A stretch of 64,000 nucleotides of DNA from an uncultured Planctomycetales bacterium (GTDB lineage: Bacteria; Omnitrophota; Gorgyraeia; Zapsychrales; Fredricksoniimonadaceae), in NCBI GenBank assembly GCA_964520655.1, contig CAZFNI010000010.1, positions 371 through 64,370 of the forward strand, written 5' to 3'. Made by a program: the position numbers and the translations under genes. Shown here piece by piece: positions 57,266-64,000 of the stretch; position 1 is the stretch's first letter, and each line of letters begins with the position of its first letter. The notes beneath the pieces are model-generated. The model was given only the letters and a program-made list of their open reading frames with translations, was not told the origin of the DNA and made no database searches.

Positions 57266-58648
57266 TTATTTGTTAAGGGTCATTTTCATTTGCTCGATCT
57301 CTTGTTGAATTTTGTCGAGCTGCTGCTGCTGGTCTTTGACATCCTCGATTAAAAGGCCGACCAGGTTTGGGTACTGCACATGTTTAAATTTTTTTCTGTC
57401 TTGATAGACCAGTTCCGGGAAGTTTTTCTCCACGTTCTGCGCGGTTAGGCCCAGGGCTCTTTTCTTGCTGTCTTTCCAGGTGAAGTAAACCCCTTTAAGT
57501 GATCTGGTCTTGGTTAATGCGTGTGTGATGGGAAGGATATTGTCTTTAAGCATCTCATCCGATGGTGCCGGGCCGTATTTGTATTCACCACTGATATTAT
57601 AAAGGTCTCCATCAATGCCGACCGCCTCAATGATGCCTGCTTCCTTGACGATCAGTCGATAGGGCAATGTGGGGGCTATTCCCATCCCGGTGCTGCCCGT
57701 TAAGGTGGATGTGCCGGCAACGCTTAGATCGCCCCCGGCAATGTTGATCCCGCCCGGGTTAAAGGTGGCAAGCCCGGTTGTGAGCAGGGTGCCTGTGACC
57801 GAGGCATTGCTTGATAAAGTGGCAATGCCAGTAACGCCAAGCGTGTTGTTGATCTGCGTGGCCCCGCTTAAGGTTGTTGCGCCGGTAACGGCCAGCGTGC
57901 TGTTGATGGCTGTTACCCCGTTTAGAGAACTGGTGCCTCCGGCGGTGAATGTGCCGGGATTGGTGACGGCAAGAGCGGTGGAAACATCAGCGGTCGAAAG
58001 AGAAGTGGTCCCGCTGATGCGGGCATTGCCATTAATATCGAGCTTTTGTGATGGGGCATAGCCAATGCCAAGACCGGTTGAATTCAGGCGTATTTGTACG
58101 AGGCTGTTGGTGTTAAAAGTTATGCTATTCGCAGAAGGGGAAGTTAAAGAGGTGGTCGCGCCTCCGAAAAAGAGGCTTGGGGCGGCTGAGCTTAAGATCA
58201 TATGACCGTTGACATCTAGTTTCTGAGCAGCAGCGCCACCGGGATTGATGCCCAGATTGCCGTTTGCCTCAAGGGTTATCTGGTCGGCGCCATTGTTGAT
58301 CTTATAATGGATATTCTGCCCAGTTGGCCGGTTGATATACAGAGCGGTGTCTCCCGAACTGCTGGAGAGTTGATAACTGGCGCAGGAAGCACTACCCGTA
58401 AATCCGATAGCGCCATAACCGCCGCATCCTTCTCCAATGACGGCATTATTGGCAATGGTCAGGTGGTCGCCGACAGTTGTTGTGCCCACCCCGATCGACC
58501 GGGCGTATAAATTATCATAATATGTCCCTGGTCTGGGATAATAGGTGACCATGGTCAAAGAGCCGGCATAGGTGATCAAAGGGAGGATGAGGACGGCGAA
58601 AAGCACAGCAGGCCATAATTTCAGTTTCATATTTAAAGTATACGACAC
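57266..58648 (-). CDS. secreted tail-fibre-like repeat protein with C-terminal Peptidase_S74 intramolecular chaperone domain (paralog 2)
   Basis: Same architecture as paralog 1. SDEMLKDNILPITHALTKTRSLKGVYFTWKD at the C-terminus (nt 57269-57562). The N-terminal TYYPRPG.YDNL...IGVGT block is shared with paralog 1. Start may be the internal MKLKL at ~58630. Confidence 0.7.
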   Translation of the reverse strand: MSYTLNMKLKLWPAVLFAVLILPLITYAGSLTMVTYYPRPGTYYDNLYARSIGVGTTTVGDHLTIANNAVIGEGCGGYGAIGFTGSASCASYQLSSSSGDTALYINRPTGQNIHYKINNGADQITLEANGNLGINPGGAAAQKLDVNGHMILSSAAPSLFFGGATTSLTSPSANSITFNTNSLVQIRLNSTGLGIGYAPSQKLDINGNARISGTTSLSTADVSTALAVTNPGTFTAGGTSSLNGVTAINSTLAVTGATTLSGATQINNTLGVTGIATLSSNASVTGTLLTTGLATFNPGGINIAGGDLSVAGTSTLTGSTGMGIAPTLPYRLIVKEAGIIEAVGIDGDLYNISGEYKYGPAPSDEMLKDNILPITHALTKTRSLKGVYFTWKDSKKRALGLTAQNVEKNFPELVYQDRKKFKHVQYPNLVGLLIEDVKDQQQQLDKIQQEIEQMKMTLNK

Positions 58649-58681
58649 AAAAGGGATATGGCAAGGAAAGGATTTGAAAAC

Positions 58682-58710
58682 TTGCTTATTCCAGCAAATA
58701 ATGGTATATT
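58682..58710 (+). promoter_or_regulatory. sigma70-like promoter for pyrR-pyrB-pyrC
   Basis: TTGCTT, a 17-nt spacer, then TATATT, read directly about 65 nt upstream of the pyrR ATG. Confidence 0.4.
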
Positions 58711-58741
58711 CTCAATCAACATTTGTGATCCTTTACCTTTA

Positions 58742-58766
58742 ATCCGGTTCCGAGAAGCCGGGAAGG
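58742..58766 (+). promoter_or_regulatory. candidate PyrR-binding hairpin overlapping the pyrR Shine-Dalgarno
   Basis: TCCGG-ttccgagaag-CCGGGAAGGG: a 5-bp stem with the loop UUCCGAGAAG, resembling the PyrR RNA site consensus (UCCAGAGAGGCU). The 3' arm runs into the GGAAGGG SD. Confidence 0.3.
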
Positions 58767-58773
58767 GACTTAA

Positions 58774-59310
58774 ATGACCATACACCCCATTTTAGACCAA
58801 GACGCTATCCGCCGCTGTATCATGCGCATGGCCCACGAGATCTGCGAGAAGCAGGAGCAGTCCCCTCTGGCCTTAGTCGGCATCCGCACCCGCGGGGTTG
58901 TCCTCGCCCAACGTTTAAGCAAAGCTATCGAAGAGATCGAAAAGATCAAGGTTCCCGTTGGCATTCTTGATATCACCTTGTACCGCGATGATCTGACATC
59001 GGTCGGCAGCGCGCCTCTGGTGCGCGAGACATTGATCGATTTTGATATCACCGATAAACGCATCGTCTTAGTTGACGACGTGTTCTTTACCGGACGCACC
59101 ATCCGCGCGGCGCTGGATGCCTTGACCGATTTCGGCCGTCCTGCGAAGATCGAGCTTGCGGTCTTAGTTGACCGCGGCCACAGGGAATTACCCATCCGGG
59201 CGGATTTTGTGGGCAAAAATATCCCGACTTCCAAGGGACAGAACGTGAAGGTTGATCTAGGCGAGACTGACGGCAAGAATGACGCGGTGACCGTTGAGGA
59301 GGGGCGATGA
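58774..59310 (+). CDS. pyrR: bifunctional pyrimidine operon regulator / uracil phosphoribosyltransferase PyrR
   Basis: 178 aa. PRTase motif [34 protein letters not shown] is typical of PyrR. Confidence 0.9.
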   Translation: MTIHPILDQDAIRRCIMRMAHEICEKQEQSPLALVGIRTRGVVLAQRLSKAIEEIEKIKVPVGILDITLYRDDLTSVGSAPLVRETLIDFDITDKRIVLVDDVFFTGRTIRAALDALTDFGRPAKIELAVLVDRGHRELPIRADFVGKNIPTSKGQNVKVDLGETDGKNDAVTVEEGR

Positions 59311-60236
59311 GCACGTGGACGCGCAAACATTTACTGGGTTTATCTGATCTAAGCAAAGAAGAGATCGAGCTTATCCTGGAAACTACACGGTCGTTCAAAG
59401 AAGTTTCGTCGCGCGATGTTAAAAAAGTCCCGGCACTTCGTGGTAAAACGGTCGTCACCCTGTTCTTTGAACCTTCCACCCGCACGCGGGTGTCTTTTGA
59501 GCTGGCGGCCAAGCGTTTGTCGGCGGATACGCTCAACATCGCGGCGAATGTGTCATCGACGACCAAAGGCGAAACGTTATTGGATACAGCCAAGAATATC
59601 GAGGCGATGAGCGTGGATGCCATGATCGTGCGTCACGGTTCTTCCGGCGCGCCCATGATCCTGGCGGAGGGTTTGAATTGTTCGGTTATCAATGCCGGCG
59701 ACGGCTGCCGCGAACATCCGACCCAGGCGCTGTTAGACATGTTCACCTTAAAAGAAAAATTCGGACGCATCGATGGTCTTAACGTGGCGATCGTCGGAGA
59801 CATTTTGCATTCCCGCGTGGCGCGTTCCAATATCTGGGGATTGACCAAGCTGGGGGCCAAGGTCACTGTCTGCGGTCCGGCGACGCTCATTCCCCGCGGT
59901 GTTGAGGCCATGGGGGTCAAGGTCTGTTACGATATCAAGCGCGTCATCAAGGATTCGGATGCGGTCATTGCCCTGCGCCTGCAGAAAGAACGCCAGCAGG
60001 ATAAATTCTTACCGTCGCTGCGCGAATACGGCAGGCTGTTTGGGATCAACGCGGCCAAATTAAGCGAAGGGACAAGCGATCTGATCGTCATGCATCCGGG
60101 GCCGACCAACCGCGGTGTCGAGCTCTCCGCGGAGGTCGCTGACGGCAAGCAATCAGTCATTTTAGACCAAGTGACCAACGGGGTGGCGGTGCGCATGGCC
60201 GTTCTGTATCTGGTCCTGGGAACAAAGGCGGAATAA
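59307..60236 (+). CDS. pyrB: aspartate carbamoyltransferase catalytic subunit
   Basis: FFEPSTRTR (carbamoyl-phosphate binding STRTR), HPTQALLD and the HPGP.NRG motifs. 309 aa. Start overlaps the pyrR stop. Confidence 0.92.
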   Translation: MSTWTRKHLLGLSDLSKEEIELILETTRSFKEVSSRDVKKVPALRGKTVVTLFFEPSTRTRVSFELAAKRLSADTLNIAANVSSTTKGETLLDTAKNIEAMSVDAMIVRHGSSGAPMILAEGLNCSVINAGDGCREHPTQALLDMFTLKEKFGRIDGLNVAIVGDILHSRVARSNIWGLTKLGAKVTVCGPATLIPRGVEAMGVKVCYDIKRVIKDSDAVIALRLQKERQQDKFLPSLREYGRLFGINAAKLSEGTSDLIVMHPGPTNRGVELSAEVADGKQSVILDQVTNGVAVRMAVLYLVLGTKAE

Positions 60237-61514
60237 ATGGGACTTTTGATCAAGAACGCAACGATCGTCAACAACGACAAGATCTGGGATAAACCACAGG
60301 ATATTTTATGCGAGAACGGTACGATCATAAAGATCGCACCGTCCATTTCCAATGACAAACATGAGATCGTCGACGCCAAGGACCGTAAGGTCATGCCGGG
60401 CTTGATCGACATCCATGTGCATTTGCGCCAGCCTGGACGGGAAGATAAAGAAACCATTGAGACCGGTTCAAAAGCCGCGGTCAAAGGCGGTTTCACCTCG
60501 ATCTTTTGTATGCCTAATACTACCCCAGTCACTGATAATGCCATGGTCGTGGAATTCATCATCCGCGAGGCCAAACGCGTCGGGTTGTGCAACGTTTATC
60601 CGATCGGGGCGATCACCAAGGGACAGAATGACGGCGAGCTGACCGATATGTCGGAATTAAAGAACGCGGGCTGTCTGGCGCTCTCCGATGATGGTAAGTC
60701 GGTCTTAAACAGCCGGTTGTTCCGTCTGGGGATGGAATATGCCAAGATGCTGGATCTGTTGATCATAGAACACTGCCAGGATCCGCTGTTGACCGGCGGC
60801 GGGGTGATGAATGAAGGCGCGGTGTCGACCAGGATCGGCTTAAAAGGCGACCCGGGCATCGCCGAGACCGTCACGGTCGCGCGCGACATTGAGATCGCCC
60901 ATTATTTGGATGCCCGCGTGCATCTGGCGCACATGTCCTTAAAGCGCTCCATTGAATTGATACGTCAGGCCAAGAAACAGGGCATTAAAGTGACGGCGGA
61001 GGCCTGCCCGCACCATTTTGCCTTGACCGATGAGGCTTGCGCGAGCTTTGATACATCGACAAAGGTTAATCCGCCGCTGCGCACTCAAGCGGATGTGGAT
61101 GCTATTAAAGAAGCGATCGCCGACGGGACCATTGACTGCATTGTCACCGACCACGCGCCGCATACGAATGAAGATAAAGAGGTTGGGTTTGACGGGGCGC
61201 CTTTTGGATTGATCGGTTTGGAAACATCATTAGGGTTGACCATTAAAGAACTGGTCAAGCCGGGATTCATTGATCTGCCCAAATTAGTGGACAGGATGTC
61301 GGCCGCGCCGGCACGGATCACGGGATTGTCGACTAAAGGGGTGATCAAAGAAGGGTTTGACGCGGATATCGTGATCATTGACGATGATAAAGAATGGAAA
61401 GTCACTAAAGAAGGGTTTGCTTCGAAATCCAAGAATTCCCCCTTCATCGGTTGGACGCTGACGGGAGAAGTCAGCACAACCATTTGCGCGGGGAAAGTCG
61501 TCTATAAGAAATAA
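60237..61514 (+). CDS. pyrC: dihydroorotase
   Basis: MPGLIDIHVHLRQPG metal-binding HxH, DHAPH motif. 425 aa. Confidence 0.9.
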   Translation: MGLLIKNATIVNNDKIWDKPQDILCENGTIIKIAPSISNDKHEIVDAKDRKVMPGLIDIHVHLRQPGREDKETIETGSKAAVKGGFTSIFCMPNTTPVTDNAMVVEFIIREAKRVGLCNVYPIGAITKGQNDGELTDMSELKNAGCLALSDDGKSVLNSRLFRLGMEYAKMLDLLIIEHCQDPLLTGGGVMNEGAVSTRIGLKGDPGIAETVTVARDIEIAHYLDARVHLAHMSLKRSIELIRQAKKQGIKVTAEACPHHFALTDEACASFDTSTKVNPPLRTQADVDAIKEAIADGTIDCIVTDHAPHTNEDKEVGFDGAPFGLIGLETSLGLTIKELVKPGFIDLPKLVDRMSAAPARITGLSTKGVIKEGFDADIVIIDDDKEWKVTKEGFASKSKNSPFIGWTLTGEVSTTICAGKVVYKK

Positions 61515-61733
61515 GAGTTTTAGACTTGCAGAAGGTTGCGATTAGCTGCGAAGCAGCTAAAAGGGGATTATTAAGGGGAAAGATTGTTTCTCCTTAAGGG
61601 TAGCGGAAATTATGGTAGGAGGGGTTTGACAGTCAGGACAGAACGAAGTGATGTCGTGACGCCAGAAGGGGAACCGTAGGTTCCCCTAATGGAAAATGAG
61701 CCCCCCGCAGAAAGAACGTAGAAGGCTCATTTT

Positions 61734-61805
61734 GCGCCCGTGGCCTAATGGATAAGGCAGCAGCCTCCGGAGCTGCTGATGCAGGTTCGAATCCCGCCGG
61801 GCGCG
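61734..61805 (+). tRNA. tRNA-Arg (anticodon CCG)
   Basis: Cloverleaf read by hand: acceptor GCGCCCG/CGGGCGC, D-arm GCCT-AATGGATA-AGGC, anticodon arm GCAGC-CTCCGGA-GCTGC (U33, CCG, G37), variable TGAT, T-arm GCAGG-TTCGAAT-CCCGC (one A.C mismatch), discriminator G. No encoded CCA. Confidence 0.85.
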
Positions 61806-61825
61806 TTTAAATTCAAGGAAAGCTC

Positions 61826-62299
61826 ATGAGAAAACAAAAAATATCCATATCCGTCATTGGTGGGAGCTCGATCAGCACCAGGGTGGAAGAATTGGCCATG
61901 AAGGTTGGTGCGATGATCGCCTCTTTAGACTGTGTTTTAGTCTGCGGCGGCTTAGGCGGGGCCATGGAAGCAGCTGCCGAAGGGGCCAAGAAAGCCGGCG
62001 GCCTGACGATCGGCATTCTCCCGGGTAAAGACAAGGATGATGCCAATCCGTTCATTGACATTGCCTTACCGACGTCGATCGGCTATGCCCGTAACACGAT
62101 CGTCGCTTGCTCGGCGGATATCGTGGTCGCGCTGCCCGGTAGTTACGGCACGAATTCCGAGATCTGCTATGCGCTGGTCTACGGCCGTCCGGTCATTGAC
62201 CTGGGGAATTGGAATTTGGAGGGGATGATCAGCGTTAAGAATGTGGAAGAAGCGCAGGAAAAAATAAAGAAGATCATCAAAAAACTGCACCATGCCTGA
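61826..62299 (+). CDS. TIGR00725-family / LOG-like (SLOG Rossmann) protein
   Basis: SVIGGSS...LVCGGLGGAMEAAAEGAKKAGGLTIGILP...RNTIVACSADIVVALPGSYGTNSEI follows the GG.GGVM.A...GA...GG..IGI ... RN ... SD..I.L.GG.GT.SE family pattern. Confidence 0.6.
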   Translation: MRKQKISISVIGGSSISTRVEELAMKVGAMIASLDCVLVCGGLGGAMEAAAEGAKKAGGLTIGILPGKDKDDANPFIDIALPTSIGYARNTIVACSADIVVALPGSYGTNSEICYALVYGRPVIDLGNWNLEGMISVKNVEEAQEKIKKIIKKLHHA

Positions 62300-63095
62300 G
62301 CTCCCTGAAGTTGAGACTATCCGCAAAGACTTGTCGCGCTGTCTTTTACGAACGCGTATCATATCGGTTGACGTCAAAGACGCCCGAGTGCTGCGCCAGC
62401 CGGAAAATGATTTTATCCGCCGATTAAAAGGAAAAATAATACAGCGTATCGAGCGGCGGGGGAAAGCGCTGATCATCGATTTAAGCGGACGGGAATTTCT
62501 CGTCGTCCAGGTCATGATGACCGGGCAGCTGGTTGTCGACGGCGCAATTGAGAAACATACTCGGCTGGTGTTCAAGCTGGATAAAAGAACATTGGTGTAC
62601 AATGACCAGCGCGTGTTCGGGCAGCTGCGCGTTGTGGGCGACTTGGCGCAGGTCCCTCATCTAAGAAAACTTGGGCCTGAACCCTTTGGGGGCGCGTTTA
62701 ATGCGGATTATGTCACGGAGTATTTAAGTCGGACGACGCGCGCGATCAAGACGGTCTTATTGGACCATGTGTTTGTCGCCGGTATTGGTAATATTTATGC
62801 CAGCGAGATCCTGTTCCGCTGCGGCATTGATCCGCAGCGTTCGTCGGCAAAGGTCAAGAAAACGGAGGTCCAACTGCTGCTTGAAAGAACGCGGGAGGTG
62901 CTGCAGGAAGCGATCGATCTGCGCGGATCATCCATGCGCAATTACCGCGACGGCCGGGGACAAAAGGGGGATTTCACCAAGGCGATCCGTGTGTATGCCC
63001 GGGAAGGTCAGCCTTGCATGGTTTGCCAGACGCCGATCGTGCGTGTTGTTCTTGGTGGAAGAAGTACATTTTATTGCAGGAAATGCCAAAAGTAA
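62292..63095 (+). CDS. mutM: formamidopyrimidine-DNA glycosylase (Fpg/MutM)
   Basis: N-terminal MPELPEVE with catalytic Pro2/Glu3. H2TH region. C-terminal zinc finger CMVCQTPIVRVVLGGRSTFYCRKCQ. Confidence 0.9.
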   Translation: MPELPEVETIRKDLSRCLLRTRIISVDVKDARVLRQPENDFIRRLKGKIIQRIERRGKALIIDLSGREFLVVQVMMTGQLVVDGAIEKHTRLVFKLDKRTLVYNDQRVFGQLRVVGDLAQVPHLRKLGPEPFGGAFNADYVTEYLSRTTRAIKTVLLDHVFVAGIGNIYASEILFRCGIDPQRSSAKVKKTEVQLLLERTREVLQEAIDLRGSSMRNYRDGRGQKGDFTKAIRVYAREGQPCMVCQTPIVRVVLGGRSTFYCRKCQK

Positions 63096-63119
63096 TTTGT
63101 TATACTAGACCCTGTCCAT

Positions 63120-63896
63120 ATGGAAAAGATCCAGAATATCTATAAGGTTGTCAGCAACGAGCAATTATGTCCGCAGTATTGGCGGCTGGTCTTTGACGCG
63201 CCTCCTTTGGTCCGCGAGGTCAAACCTGGACAGTTCGTTCACATCCGCACCAATGAGAAGGGGCTTGAGCCATTCTTCCGCCGGCCGTTCTCTGTTTATC
63301 GTGCCCAGAAACATGTGGAAATATTCTATGATGTCAAAGGCCCGGGGACAAAACTTCTTGCGGCCAAGACAAAAGGCGATACGCTCGATGTGCTGGGGCC
63401 GCTAGGCAAAGGTTTTGTGATGCCTCCAAAGGGGACCAAGCAGGTGGTCATGGTCGCTGGCGGCATCGGTGTAGCCCCCATGCTCATCCTCTCGGATGAG
63501 CTTAAACCATTGAAATATCAGCTGGTCCTTATTTACGGCGGACGCTCCCGCGCCCACGTTTATCCGTTAAAAGAATTCAAGGATAATGGTGTGACCGTGC
63601 ATATCGCGACCGATGACGGTTCCGTAGGGTTTAAGGGAAGAGTCAGTGGTTTGTTCGATAAGATCAAGCTGGATCCCCAAACAACGTTCGTGTACACCTG
63701 CGGACCAAACCCGATGATGAAGGCGGTGCAGGACTTTGCCGCAACGCATCAATTAAAAGGACAGGCGGCCTGTGAAGAGATCATGGCCTGCGGCCTGGGC
63801 GCGTGCCTGGGATGTTCGATCGAAACAACCAAAGGTTTCAAGACGGTCTGCTACGACGGGCCGGCGTTTCCTTTAGACGAGGTCAAGTTCCACTGA
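63120..63896 (+). CDS. pyrK: dihydroorotate dehydrogenase electron-transfer subunit
   Basis: FAD/NAD-binding ferredoxin-reductase-like fold (RPFSV, MVAGGIGVAPM). C-terminal 2Fe-2S cysteines CGLGACLGC...C. 258 aa. Confidence 0.85.
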   Translation: MEKIQNIYKVVSNEQLCPQYWRLVFDAPPLVREVKPGQFVHIRTNEKGLEPFFRRPFSVYRAQKHVEIFYDVKGPGTKLLAAKTKGDTLDVLGPLGKGFVMPPKGTKQVVMVAGGIGVAPMLILSDELKPLKYQLVLIYGGRSRAHVYPLKEFKDNGVTVHIATDDGSVGFKGRVSGLFDKIKLDPQTTFVYTCGPNPMMKAVQDFAATHQLKGQAACEEIMACGLGACLGCSIETTKGFKTVCYDGPAFPLDEVKFH

Positions 63897-64000
63897 TGAA
63901 TATTTCCATCCGCATAGGCAGCGCGATTTTCAAGAATCCGGTCACGGTCGCCTCCGGCACCTTCGGCCATGCCGAGCGGTATTTTGATCTGGAAGAGGTT
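63896..64000 (+). CDS. pyrD: dihydroorotate dehydrogenase catalytic subunit (class 1B), 5' fragment truncated by window end
   Basis: ATG overlaps the pyrK stop (TGATG). MNISIRIGSAIFKNPVTVASGTFGHAERYFDLEEV is the typical PyrD N-terminus. Confidence 0.7.
   Translation, partial: MNISIRIGSAIFKNPVTVASGTFGHAERYFDLEEV

Noticed and set aside
56295-58061. + strand ORFs (136 aa at 56295..56705, 130 aa at 57669..58061) inside the tail-fibre-like genes
   Set aside because: They are antisense to repeat-rich genes. Val/Pro/Thr-rich mirror-image translations are the usual shadow ORFs of Thr/Gly-rich repeats.
62767-63108. 113-aa + ORF overlapping the 3' half of mutM in another frame
   Set aside because: The Arg/Cys/Ser-rich product is junk-like. 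mutM in the other frame has a conserved zinc finger, so this is a shadow ORF.

Overview
A single open reading frame on the + strand fills about 77% of the window. It runs from the 5' edge (frame open before the GTG at 186) to a TAG at 49185..49187, about 16,394 codons. I read it as a giant mosaic multidomain protein. Its recognisable modules, N- to C-terminal:
- N-terminal signal/TM segment and a C39-like papain-fold peptidase.
- A glycine-rich multi-pass membrane block, TPR-like helical repeats, and a P-loop/DEAH-like segment.
- A long P/A/V-rich stalk with about 4 divergent internal repeats.
- Two tandem degenerate GGDEF modules (AGDEF and GGDKF), a coiled coil and a Pro-rich linker.
- C-terminal region: a sugar-phosphate isomerase (Pgl/NagB-like) domain, an alpha/beta hydrolase, a fold-type-II PLP enzyme domain, a CDA-fold deaminase (HAE...PCxxC), a 4-5 TM block and a SpoT-type HD domain.
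A sharp compositional island sits inside this ORF at about 37470..39185 (AT-rich codons, unlike the rest). In a different frame it carries two paralogous 81/89-aa ORFs, each with a perfect GGAGG Shine-Dalgarno. So the long frame may really be two or more genes, or may carry overprinted small genes.
Downstream (49.2-64 kb) is ordinary housekeeping DNA: an AlkD-like DNA glycosylase, a BamE-like lipoprotein, trmB, an S11 DD-carboxypeptidase, a DsbA-like oxidoreductase, a divergent bL27, glmS and rsmI. Two tandem minus-strand paralogs encode secreted tail-fibre-like proteins with C-terminal S74 intramolecular-chaperone domains. A split pyr cluster follows: pyrR-pyrB-pyrC, then tRNA-Arg(CCG), a TIGR00725/LOG-like gene and mutM, then pyrK-pyrD (pyrD truncated at the window edge). 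I saw no CRISPR array, rRNA or transposase. Giant gene, tail-fibre-like proteins and about 50% GC are compatible with an Omnitrophota/CPR-like lineage, but that is inference only.
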